IMG/VR virus record: IMGVR_UViG_3300010391_000021
Coordinates: 6,119 to 70,118 of that record
DNA from: a virus
DNA length: 64,000 nt
Direction: 5' to 3' (one strand)
The position numbers were made by a program, and so were the translations under genes. Under the pieces are notes generated by a model, which saw only the letters and a program-made list of their open reading frames with translations, ran no database searches and had not been told where the DNA came from. Shown piece after piece: positions 48,320 to 57,565 of this stretch. Numbering within the stretch: position 1 is the stretch's first letter; the number at the start of each line of letters is the position of its first letter.

Positions 48320-48830
48320 GGAACAGTTTCTCTACGACTTCTGGCGCTAAAGGAATAATCAACGTTTCGAGCGGCGCTCCGTCGTCAGTTGCGTCCCAAG
48401 GAATCGGGGCAGGCCCGATTAAATCTCTCTGCTCTGTTCTAAGCAAAACGTTATCAATCTTTTTGACCGATGCGGGCATTTCATAATCCAAACCGAATCT
48501 ATCACAAATAGTCAGCATCAGATTTTTTTCTATCTTCTGATACGCCGTGCCCATCTCGCTATACTTCTTGAGTGGTCGTGGTAAATCCACGAGATAGGCT
48601 TCTGAGGCGTCGTGGAGTAGTGCCCACAGAGCATCTTGCTCCGGGACCAAATAACTTGCCCGAAAGGAATGCTCGGCTACGCCGTAAAACTTCTTGATGT
48701 GCCCCGCAAACCTACATTGATACGCCAAAGCATGAGCAATGTCTCGTATGTCGATTTCCTCAATGCGAGGTTCCACGGGCCAAAAGGCAATTCCGGTAAA
48801 AGTTTGAATCCATCCGTTAGGGTTTCTCAT
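48279..48830 (-). CDS. HD-domain 5'-deoxynucleotidase (YfdR-like)
   Basis: DIAHALA..CRFAGH, VAEHS and LLHDASEAY motifs. Confidence 0.88.
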   Translation of the reverse strand: MRNPNGWIQTFTGIAFWPVEPRIEEIDIRDIAHALAYQCRFAGHIKKFYGVAEHSFRASYLVPEQDALWALLHDASEAYLVDLPRPLKKYSEMGTAYQKIEKNLMLTICDRFGLDYEMPASVKKIDNVLLRTEQRDLIGPAPIPWDATDDGAPLETLIIPLAPEVVEKLFLDRFHELYTNKIN

Positions 48831-48997
48831 AGTTCAGCCAAATTTGATAGATCGATTGCTTTCTCTATCAGTTCTTCGAGCGGATAAAACTCATCCCATT
48901 CATTCTCCTCTGCCAAAATGAGTGCGCGGCGGAGTGAAACAATCGCTTCTCCAAGTTCGTTCAATAGGAGAATGCGCTTGTGTTTACGGTTAGCCAT
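48827..48997 (-). CDS. Small hypothetical protein (56 aa)
   Basis: Hand-translated [18 protein letters not shown]..., coupled to both neighbours. Confidence 0.5.
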   Translation of the reverse strand: MANRKHKRILLLNELGEAIVSLRRALILAEENEWDEFYPLEELIEKAIDLSNLAEL

Positions 48998-49271
48998 TGT
49001 CCAACACCGATTTTTCCTTTTCTGGTTTTACCACTTTTACCAACCCTAAGCATTGCCCATTCGGAAGCGGTATCGCAGTAGAAGTCATCTGCACGCCTAC
49101 AATAACCATTGGCGGGGGGAGTTCTCCTTGTGGTTGCGGACCGGACAGGGACACACCTCTGGCGATTTCTCCAGTTTCGATCTTGATGATCTGACCGACG
49201 ATTTGTTCCACTTTCAATACAACTAAATCACCCACTTCGAGTGGGTTTCCAACTAAGTCTACGATCTTCAT
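48990..49271 (-). CDS. Hypothetical protein
   Basis: [12 protein letters not shown]3-like start. Confidence 0.55.
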   Translation of the reverse strand: MKIVDLVGNPLEVGDLVVLKVEQIVGQIIKIETGEIARGVSLSGPQPQGELPPPMVIVGVQMTSTAIPLPNGQCLGLVKVVKPEKEKSVLDNG

Positions 49272-50236
49272 AATCCCTTCCTAATTTCTGCCTCAATCTT
49301 ATCTGCAATTGCGGGATTCTGCTCAAGATATTCTACTACATTAGCCTTGCCTTGTCCAATTCTTTCTCCGTTATAGGAATACCAAGCACCCGATTTATCC
49401 ACAACGCCGCGTAAAGCAGCTAACTCTAATAAGTCACCTTCTCGGCTGATTCCTTTTCCGTATAGTATATCAAATTCTGCTTCCTTGAATGGCGCGGCAA
49501 CTTTATTCTTGACGATCTTCACCTTTGTCCGAGAACCCACGATTGCTTCGCCATCTTTGATTTGAGCGATGCGTCGAATATCGACCCTAATCGACGCATA
49601 AAACTTCAATGCCTTGCCGCCTGTTGTCGTTTCGGGCGACCCCCACATTACTCCGATCTTATCGCGGAGTTGGTTGATGAAGATCAGGCAGCAATTAGAT
49701 TTATGCACGGCGCTAGTGAGCTTACGCATTGCCTGCGACATCATTCGAGCTTGCAATCCCATCTGGCTGTCGCCATAGTCCCCGTCAAGCTCATTCTTTG
49801 GGATCAACGCGGCCACGCTATCAATTACAAGAACGTCAATCTCCCCGCTCTTGATAAGAGCATCCGCAATCTCTAATGCTTGCTCTCCGTAGTCGGGCTG
49901 CGAAACCAAAAGGTTGTCAGTGTCCACGCCAAGATTTTTGGCATACTTGGGATCAAGGGCGTGCTCGGCGTCTATAAACGCCGCCATTCCCCCCGCTTTT
50001 TGTGCATTGGCGATGACATGCAGCGCCGCCGTTGTCTTGCCCGAAGATTCGGGGCCGTAGATTTCCACTACCCGGCCTCGCGGAAGCCCGCCGACTCCAA
50101 GAGCTTCATCAAACGATAAGCATCCGGTAGAGATCACATCCACAGGAACGTGATCGTGATCCCCCAAACGAAGCAGCGAACCTTTGCCAAACTGCTTATC
50201 GATTTTGGCTCTTGCATTATCCAATTCTTTTCCCAC
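49268..50236 (-). CDS. recA: Recombinase A
   Basis: [34 protein letters not shown] and KNKVAAPF motifs. Confidence 0.97.
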   Translation of the reverse strand: MGKELDNARAKIDKQFGKGSLLRLGDHDHVPVDVISTGCLSFDEALGVGGLPRGRVVEIYGPESSGKTTAALHVIANAQKAGGMAAFIDAEHALDPKYAKNLGVDTDNLLVSQPDYGEQALEIADALIKSGEIDVLVIDSVAALIPKNELDGDYGDSQMGLQARMMSQAMRKLTSAVHKSNCCLIFINQLRDKIGVMWGSPETTTGGKALKFYASIRVDIRRIAQIKDGEAIVGSRTKVKIVKNKVAAPFKEAEFDILYGKGISREGDLLELAALRGVVDKSGAWYSYNGERIGQGKANVVEYLEQNPAIADKIEAEIRKGL

Positions 50237-51349
50237 TTACCATCTCCGATACTTATCAAGTTTTTCATAGAATTTTTTGTCGTAGAAGGGCATCCATTCG
50301 ACCTGAAATCGATTGATTTCCCCCGTATCCGCTTGGTGGAATCGAATGATCGTCCCTCCAACGTGTGCTTGAATCTTTAGTTTGCGGAGAAAAGGGGTTT
50401 GATCCTGAGTACATCCTGTTTGCACAGTATGAACTTCTCGGGAATACCCCTGATTATACTTGTGGTAATGACCGGCCAATAGGATGTGCGGTTTCTCTCC
50501 GCCCTGAAACGATTCTACTATCTTTTGTTCAGTGTAGCTAATGGCGTATGTGCTGCCCCCTCCTGGATGCATGACCCGCATCCATGCTTCGCCTTTCGGG
50601 GCCTTAAATTTAACATCAGCTTCCACGTGCCCGATCCATTGAAGATCGTTTCGTCCTTCGTCTTGCGCGGCGGATTCCAGCAATCGACCAATGTTCACAC
50701 CCTCTCGATTGATGTACCAGCCTTCGTGATCGTCTCCTGTGATGAATTTTGTAGTAATTCCATCGCGGCGGGGATAATTCTTGGCGTTGTATTCAACTTG
50801 TCGCCCCATCCCGCTCGGCCCAATCAGGTCGAACTTATTGAATCGGGCCTCGCCTTCAATCATGTTGCCGGTGTGATAAACAGTATCAATTCCTTCAGCT
50901 TCATAGATGTCATAAAGACATTCAGCCACATCAAGGCGGCAATACTTTGAATACAGATGGGTATCTCCCATCGCCCCAAACTTATACCATTTTCCGCCAT
51001 CCACAAAATCTTCCGACTTTACAATTTCCGTTCCTCCTGGCGGCAGGGCTTTATCAATGCTTACTTCGTTATGATCTAATTGAACATTATGCCCCGATGC
51101 TTGGAGGCGGGTAACTGACGCTTCCGCAACTTTTGGAGATACTCCTAGTTTATTGGCCAACTCCGAAAGTGTGAGCTTTTTGCCCAAAAGGAATTTCTTG
51201 GTTTTGGCGTCTGTTCCGTCTGAACTGATAGGTTCGGTAGCCAATCCGCGAAATGGATTCGTACCCTTGCATCCACACGTCTTATTGTCGTCTCGAAACG
51301 TCTTGACTTCTCCACAACCTAGACACGTTCTTTTCACCATTTTAGGCAT
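50237..51349 (-). CDS. Metallophosphoesterase with an N-terminal Zn ribbon and HTH
   Basis: GDTH, HTGN, GDDHE, HPGGG and GHYH motifs. Confidence 0.8.
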   Translation of the reverse strand: MPKMVKRTCLGCGEVKTFRDDNKTCGCKGTNPFRGLATEPISSDGTDAKTKKFLLGKKLTLSELANKLGVSPKVAEASVTRLQASGHNVQLDHNEVSIDKALPPGGTEIVKSEDFVDGGKWYKFGAMGDTHLYSKYCRLDVAECLYDIYEAEGIDTVYHTGNMIEGEARFNKFDLIGPSGMGRQVEYNAKNYPRRDGITTKFITGDDHEGWYINREGVNIGRLLESAAQDEGRNDLQWIGHVEADVKFKAPKGEAWMRVMHPGGGSTYAISYTEQKIVESFQGGEKPHILLAGHYHKYNQGYSREVHTVQTGCTQDQTPFLRKLKIQAHVGGTIIRFHQADTGEINRFQVEWMPFYDKKFYEKLDKYRRW

Positions 51350-51358
51350 AGTTTTCCT

Positions 51359-52069
51359 TTAGAATAGCACAAGTTTTGCAACTAAGACTGCGCCGGTTAC
51401 CGCGCCGCCAATGAAATACTTGAATTTACTTCTCCGTGCGTTTGATTTTATCAGCTTTACCTGAGTAGTGCAAGCATTATTTTGATCTACGATCTGCTTA
51501 TTTAGCCCGGTAATTTGCGCGGCCAGACCCGTATTTAGACTCGTCAAACTCGTTAGTTGCTGGTCTTTATTCGCGATGATCGTAGTTTGGTCCTTGACCG
51601 TTGCCTGAAGTGGCGCGACTTCTTCCAGAGTTTGCGTGGTTTTTAGAGCGGCTTGTCCAGATGCGGACAACCTTCCGTTGTCAACTTTGATTTCCTCGAA
51701 TGGAACCGAAATCAATTGAGACCACCGCAGGGCGAGTGCTTCTTGGGAAAGAGTTGCGTCTCTTGCTTGCTGGTCGGTCGTTTGCTGGCTTCTGGACTGA
51801 ATCGCAGACAATAATAGTTTATTCTGCGCCTGTAGTTGCGCGGCGAGTTTTGCGTATTCCTGTTTTTGTACTTCAACCTGCGCCGCAAGTTGTTGATTCT
51901 GCTTGACTTGCTCCGCAAGTTGTTGTTGAGCAACTGCGTTCTTTCCGACTAATTCGTCATGTTGGTTATCCAAGAAGCGATTTCCGAGATAAAGCACAAC
52001 TACTAAGACCCCCAAACCCAAGACGAGTCGCCAGTGACTTTCAATAAAGGTCAGATACTTTTCGATCAT
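51359..52069 (-). CDS. Spanin-like membrane-anchored coiled-coil protein
   Basis: N-terminal TM, long Q/L coiled coil and C-terminal hydrophobic segment. Confidence 0.55.
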   Translation of the reverse strand: MIEKYLTFIESHWRLVLGLGVLVVVLYLGNRFLDNQHDELVGKNAVAQQQLAEQVKQNQQLAAQVEVQKQEYAKLAAQLQAQNKLLLSAIQSRSQQTTDQQARDATLSQEALALRWSQLISVPFEEIKVDNGRLSASGQAALKTTQTLEEVAPLQATVKDQTTIIANKDQQLTSLTSLNTGLAAQITGLNKQIVDQNNACTTQVKLIKSNARRSKFKYFIGGAVTGAVLVAKLVLF

Positions 52070-52482
52070 TGAAATCTCCTTAGATACTGCGCGGCAGCTT
52101 CCATTCGTTCAGGGTTGTCTCTGAATTTCTGAATCGCTGTATTGTCCATCCAGCAGAGCAGGCCGCGCACAGAATTCTTTTTTAAATCCTTCTTTATCAA
52201 ATTATTGGCGATGTTTTTCTTTCCCGAGTAAGCATAAAAAATTACCCCTCTATAACAAGCATTCGCATCCCACAACCCAGAAGACGATTTATTGATGCTA
52301 ATTTTCACTTTCTGCCAAGCGTGGTCATGGTCTACGTGGAGTCTTTTAGCAAATCCCGATTGATGCCTGTCGCAAATCGCGCAACATTCTTTTTGCTCTG
52401 ACAACATTCTATCATAATCGGCCAAAGTAATGCCGTATTTCTTGCGGTAATACTTATCTCGTTTTTGTTCTTCTTTGGTCAT
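52066..52482 (-). CDS. Endonuclease VII-like HNH endonuclease
   Basis: KYGITLADY...CAIC...HVDHDH...VRGLLC. Confidence 0.85.
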   Translation of the reverse strand: MTKEEQKRDKYYRKKYGITLADYDRMLSEQKECCAICDRHQSGFAKRLHVDHDHAWQKVKISINKSSSGLWDANACYRGVIFYAYSGKKNIANNLIKKDLKKNSVRGLLCWMDNTAIQKFRDNPERMEAAAQYLRRFQ

Positions 52483-52922
52483 TAGTTCATCTGACTCGGT
52501 GCTTTCTGGGATGACAACACCAATTGCGCGATGCTTTGAACAACATGTTGCACTTGGCCATCCGTTAGAATTGCCACGCTATCCCGACTCGCAATCAAAG
52601 TCAAAGTTCGTTTTTGGAATTCCATCTCCGATTTGAGTGTTGCCGCTTCGCGTTCTGATTGAATTGCGCGGTTCATTACCTCCTTAAAATCTTCGTCTCG
52701 GTTCCAATAAGCCCCTCGCCAGTATGCGAGGCGGGAGTATAAACCAAGCCCCGTAAGTAGAAGTCCAGAACTGAACAACCCGATCAAGATTTTCTCCAGC
52801 ATTTCAGCCTTTCTTTTTTCTGATCTTTTTCTTTGGTTCTGGCTTACCAAAAATTTCTTCCCAACGCTCCTTAGTTACTTTAGCAGGCGCGGCGGGCAAA
52901 GTAAAGGTCTTTCCGAGGTACT

Positions 52923-53132
52923 TCACTTCTTTTCAACTCCATTATTTTGCGCGGCCCTTTCGTGAACGTCGTCCATCACGGCTCTCGTAACCAATAAAGT
53001 CTGAATTGAAGCGGCCAATCCCAAGTATGTGGTTGTCAAATGCCCCAAAAAGGCCAGCACAATTCCAGATACCATGAATACGAACGCGAAAAAGCTACTT
53101 TTTCCACCGAAATTGTTGAAAATCCAATTCAT
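52923..53132 (-). CDS. Putative holin
   Basis: 69 aa with two TM segments, next to the endolysin. Confidence 0.55.
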   Translation of the reverse strand: MNWIFNNFGGKSSFFAFVFMVSGIVLAFLGHLTTTYLGLAASIQTLLVTRAVMDDVHERAAQNNGVEKK

Positions 53133-53134
53133 AG

Positions 53135-53554
53135 TTACTCCACTGTAATGTAGATTTCTTGCGCGGCGGCAATCTCCGCTTGCATCTTGGTAAACAACGC
53201 CGCAAATGCCACGCGACTGTTCAGAACTGAACTATCTGTTTTGACTTGGCCGACTAACAAACAGCCTTCGGTATCCGCCGCCGTATTTCCCGAATGAATA
53301 CGCACTCCCGTAAATCCCGGCACATCTAAAATGTGTGGCAGAGGTCGCTGGAATCGATTAGAGAAGTCGATAATTACTTTATACCTACCGCGAGGGATTG
53401 CCGTCTTTCCATCGACCTTCCACGAAGCGACGGGTTGCCCCGCAATTTCTCGAACTTCATCTTCCAAGGTAAAACACTCCTGTACGTTGTCCACATACAA
53501 AGTGCCAATGGTCGCGCCAAGATTACTCGGCTGTCTGGTTACTTTCAGTTCCAT
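53135..53554 (-). CDS. DUF5675-family L,D-peptidase-like endolysin
   Basis: TIGTL, FTLED, TAIPRGRY and IHSGN...TEGCLLVG motifs. Confidence 0.85.
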   Translation of the reverse strand: MELKVTRQPSNLGATIGTLYVDNVQECFTLEDEVREIAGQPVASWKVDGKTAIPRGRYKVIIDFSNRFQRPLPHILDVPGFTGVRIHSGNTAADTEGCLLVGQVKTDSSVLNSRVAFAALFTKMQAEIAAAQEIYITVE

Positions 53555-53813
53555 TTATAGAACCTCCAAATATCCGGGGCGAATTATAAACTCACTTCCC
53601 TCCGCCGCTTCGTAAGCAAAAGCTTCTTCTTGTTTAAAAAACACTGCAACAGGTGATCCATAGATACGTCGTTTTTCTTTTTTATCAAAATATGTAAACC
53701 GATTTTGCGGGTCTATTCCGATTGGAAGATAATTGGTTGGTCCGTTTGGTTCTTCTTGCCAAGATTCTGTAGTTCCTTTCGGCCACGTAATTATCCAAAC
53801 TTTAATTCTATGC

Positions 53814-54272
53814 TTAATTATTGGTTTCGACATTTGCCTTCTCCGGGAATGGCAATTTCATTTGTGGGTTCGCGGCCTCGATTGCCGCTTGTGCTTCTGC
53901 TGTGACTTGCAGACCTTCTTGTGCTTTGGCCAATACCGCTTTCGCGGTCAAAGGCGGAACGTAGGCATACTGGAGCCAGTCCCGAGCGCAACCCGGCCCG
54001 CAGAAAACAACAACTATTTTCTCATCCAATGGATTTGGATGAATCTTGATGAGACTGAAGAACCCATCGGGCAGAGATGCGACGGACTTCTGTGCCTCGT
54101 TTTCATTCCAAATCAAAGGCAAGCGGTTCCCGTATCGCGCTTCGTGTCTCGGGGAATCACAATAGACCTCAACGTCCGTTACCTGCGCGATGATGTTATC
54201 GCGGTCGGTAATTGTGAATTCCTTGCCTTCTGCATCTTTGATAGTTAGAGTATTCTTTACAATTGCGCCCAT
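53814..54272 (-). CDS. Hypothetical protein
   Basis: GGAGG RBS; CD..H and C..C. Confidence 0.55.
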   Translation of the reverse strand: MGAIVKNTLTIKDAEGKEFTITDRDNIIAQVTDVEVYCDSPRHEARYGNRLPLIWNENEAQKSVASLPDGFFSLIKIHPNPLDEKIVVVFCGPGCARDWLQYAYVPPLTAKAVLAKAQEGLQVTAEAQAAIEAANPQMKLPFPEKANVETNN

Positions 54273-54424
54273 TAGTTTACCTCCAAGCAGTCTACAAACT
54301 CTACTTCACATTCCGTTGCGCGGTCTCTTACGATTTCCAGAGCGAAGGTTTGTGCGTCGTGGTCGTTTTCCGCGTCTACTTTTATAATAGAAAAAATTCC
54401 AACTTCGTATTTCATGTTTAACCT

Positions 54425-54673
54425 CTAAATGACATCATTTTGATCGAACCCGCAAACAGGGCAATTGTAGTCGTTTTCGTCCTGATACGAAAAATCCTTG
54501 CTTGAACAGATCGGACAAGCGTTAAAGATATTTGATTCATCCGAACTGTCTTCTTCAATCTTGCGCGGTGGGTTGATTCCTTTGTTCATAACTGAACAGC
54601 CCGAACAAAATGGATTCTGTTCTCCTTCAATGTCTGCGGGCAAGTAAACATCGTGTTCACAGCGCCGAAGCAT
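54425..54673 (-). CDS. Zn-ribbon protein
   Basis: CPIC and CPVC. Confidence 0.5.
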   Translation of the reverse strand: MLRRCEHDVYLPADIEGEQNPFCSGCSVMNKGINPPRKIEEDSSDESNIFNACPICSSKDFSYQDENDYNCPVCGFDQNDVI

Positions 54674-54838
54674 CTTTCAGACTTTCTTCGAATGAATTGA
54701 ACCCCACTTGGTCGTTATAAAACCAATCCCAAGCCGTAGTTGTATCGGCGACCTTGAGTTTGCGAATTGCTTGACTGTATAATTTTTCTCGTTGCCTTTC
54801 AAGATCGGCCATTTGTTTCTTGAATTGCCGCGCAATTT

Positions 54839-55186
54839 TCAATCGTTCAGAAATTTTTGCCATTGTGGTTTCCTCTTTCCGTGTTCTAAATTCAAATGAC
54901 AATCCGCGCATAAAACTTCGCTATTGTGCAATCCAGGTGTTCCGCCTTTTCCACGTGTTTGTCTTTCGTGTAGATGAGCATTCATGTTTATTGGTCGCCC
55001 GCAATCTACGCATTCATTATCTTGGATTACCAAAAGTTGTTTCTTGATTTCTCTTTCTGCTTCAATTTTCGGCCACTGAGCTACACTCTCGGGAGGCATG
55101 AAAAGCGCCTCGCCATCTTTCTTTAGAATCCTTATGACCCTTTTAGTTGTGGGGTCGATTTCGCACATTACACGGCTACGAGGCAC
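54839..55186 (-). CDS. HNH endonuclease
   Basis: CVDC...HLHE..RGKGG...NSEVLCADCH. Confidence 0.75.
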   Translation of the reverse strand: MPRSRVMCEIDPTTKRVIRILKKDGEALFMPPESVAQWPKIEAEREIKKQLLVIQDNECVDCGRPINMNAHLHERQTRGKGGTPGLHNSEVLCADCHLNLEHGKRKPQWQKFLND

Positions 55187-55504
55187 CGTTGTACCAATCT
55201 ACGAATTTGTTAAACTCTTTGCGGATCAATTCAATCTTGACTTTAGAATACTTTCCAGGTTCTTGTAAAACAATGATAATCTTTGGAAAATCCAAGATAA
55301 TCCAATGCTTAGACGTATTGTAGGCAAAATTTCAAGAGAATTTAACCAGCATGGAAAACACACCCTATAAGTGCCATATCTATAGGGATAATATGCTTTA
55401 TCTCCGACATCTCTTGTGAGTTTAATTTCAATCCCAATCGGAATTTTAATATCAAAGTTTCTGACACAAACACTACACGTCCAAGATTCCGCGTGTTTTT
55501 TCAT

Positions 55505-56191
55505 TTACTTTACCTCCGGTTCGTATGTAGCCAAAAATTCTCTAATCCATCGTGTCAAAATCTCCTTACGAGTCGGCGCGGCAGTTTCATTCCAGTCCGT
55601 CACAACAATTTGTAAAGGAGGGTCAACCCGACATGCAACCGAAACGGCCCGATAAAACTCCTCGCGTTCTCCGTTACTAAAGAAAACGCCTGCCAAAGAC
55701 ATCCAAATGCCTTTTTCGCCTTCATCACGAGCACCGTAGTTATCTGCGATAAGCTCCTGAACTTGCTGGAGGGTGGTGTTTGGGTCTTTCGCGGCGGTAA
55801 GTAATTCGTCTGATGGTTTCTTGCCTGACTTTTTCACTGCGCTTGCGAGGGCGGAAGCCTTAGAGATTCCGATGTTCGTCAAATCCTCGGGAGGAATGTA
55901 GGGAAGAAGCTGTTTCGCGATTCCGGCGCAAGCGTACAAACGGGTCCTGCCTTTGCCCACCATCGGAGCAATGGATTCTAAAAAACTATTAAAAGACTTG
56001 TGATTGCCCCAAAGCAACCAGAATTTATTTTCACGTGCTTCTTCGAGCAATGTTCCGACTTTTACAAAATCGGCATCAAGCTGTTGTTCATTAATTTTAA
56101 TAGAATCCAGCACTCGATCAAGTTCTAACTTAACCGTGGCGGCTTCTTTCTTCTGCTCGGTTGTCCAGTTCTGAACGATTTGTTCTGTCAT
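55505..56191 (-). CDS. Hypothetical protein
   Basis: 228-aa coupled ORF. Confidence 0.6.
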   Translation of the reverse strand: MTEQIVQNWTTEQKKEAATVKLELDRVLDSIKINEQQLDADFVKVGTLLEEARENKFWLLWGNHKSFNSFLESIAPMVGKGRTRLYACAGIAKQLLPYIPPEDLTNIGISKASALASAVKKSGKKPSDELLTAAKDPNTTLQQVQELIADNYGARDEGEKGIWMSLAGVFFSNGEREEFYRAVSVACRVDPPLQIVVTDWNETAAPTRKEILTRWIREFLATYEPEVK

Positions 56192-56390
56192 TGATAGTCC
56201 TTCAAAGCCTTGATTAGAGTAGGAATTGTGCCTCTACTAAGAACGATGAATTGATCCTCTTGCTGCATAAAAAGAGTTCCACCCGCATCTTCCCCGATAA
56301 TAAAAGCGGTTTCGGGAGTTTCCATCTTATCATTTTCGCCCAAGTCTTGATAAATGACCTTGATTTTGGTGAATTTAGTAGTATCAACAA

Positions 56391-57386
56391 TCATCTTTGC
56401 GCCGCCATTATAAGTTTTTTATTGCCTGATTCTAAGAGCACAGGACCTTTTTCTCCGTTAGCTCCAAACGTTATTTCTCCGTTTACTGATTCAACGAAAT
56501 CCTGAATGTGACTGAAAGTAAAATTGCCAGAAAACTTGACATCTTCGAAAAGCGGGTCTGGCACGATTTGCTCCGCAGCAAGATTTGTCGTGCCAGAACC
56601 GAGGTTTGAATCCACAGAAAGTATAGCAACTCCGTTCTCGAATGTCAAGAGAATTTTATCATCAGCCAAAGGTGCGAGGCCGCGTAAAGCGTTGTTCAGT
56701 TCTTCTCGATCAAATTTATACTTATAGTTCAGTTCTTTAGGAAGTAATTTTGCGAAGTCGGGAAAGGATTTGGCTAGTTTGCGGGAAACCAATGTAGCAT
56801 CTTCTGACTGAAAGTAAAGGTTCTGCTCATCTTCCGAGACCTTGAGAGTCTTGCCTTCGAGAGCCTTTAGTGCTTGCACGGCTGGTACGGGGAGCAATAG
56901 AGTATTTGCGGGGCCGTTCACATCTGAACAAGCCAGCCGCTTGCCATCGCTTCCTGCCGCGTAATTTTTAGAAAGTTGCACGGTTCCGGTGTACGAGAAA
57001 AACTGCCCACTCTCGGTTGCCTGCAAAGCATACATAAGAGCACCATGAATTTCCGGGTACGATAGCGGGATATTCGTGGTAGGAAGCGTGTACTTTGGAA
57101 TGCGCGGCTCCGCAACTAACGGCAAAGTCAATTTTGATCTCTTGGCTTTAATCGTCAGCTTCGATTCGTTAATCGTCAGATCAATCTCGCCGTCCAGCCG
57201 CGCAACGATCTGACCAAATTTTTGCGCGGCGACCCCGCAAACCCCAAGATCAGATTTGAAATCAACCGCCAGTATCAGATTAGGCGCGGTTGCGTAAATC
57301 TTCTCGCCGTCCAAAACGTACAAATCGCTCTGCAATACCGAGAGCTTCTTCAGACAGTTCTTTAGAATTTGCGCCGCAACTTTCAT
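56391..57386 (-). CDS. DNA polymerase III beta sliding clamp-like protein
   Basis: SDGKRL and FPDFAKLLP motifs; three-domain size. Confidence 0.8.
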   Translation of the reverse strand: MKVAAQILKNCLKKLSVLQSDLYVLDGEKIYATAPNLILAVDFKSDLGVCGVAAQKFGQIVARLDGEIDLTINESKLTIKAKRSKLTLPLVAEPRIPKYTLPTTNIPLSYPEIHGALMYALQATESGQFFSYTGTVQLSKNYAAGSDGKRLACSDVNGPANTLLLPVPAVQALKALEGKTLKVSEDEQNLYFQSEDATLVSRKLAKSFPDFAKLLPKELNYKYKFDREELNNALRGLAPLADDKILLTFENGVAILSVDSNLGSGTTNLAAEQIVPDPLFEDVKFSGNFTFSHIQDFVESVNGEITFGANGEKGPVLLESGNKKLIMAAQR

Positions 57387-57565
57387 TCATCATCCTTCAG
57401 AAAAACAATGTCTTCAAAAGTCACGCCTTCTTTGAGCGTACCGTAACGTTGGTAATCCCGCCCGCCATCAATAAAAATATGCCCGCCCTTGCAGGCAACC
57501 CAATCGTGGACAGATACGGATTCTATTACATCTTTACAGATTTTGCAAATTGCGCGGTTTTTCAT
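57383..57565 (-). CDS. Small Zn-ribbon protein
   Basis: NRAICKICKDVIES..HD...C..G..FIDGG. Confidence 0.65.
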   Translation of the reverse strand: MKNRAICKICKDVIESVSVHDWVACKGGHIFIDGGRDYQRYGTLKEGVTFEDIVFLKDDE

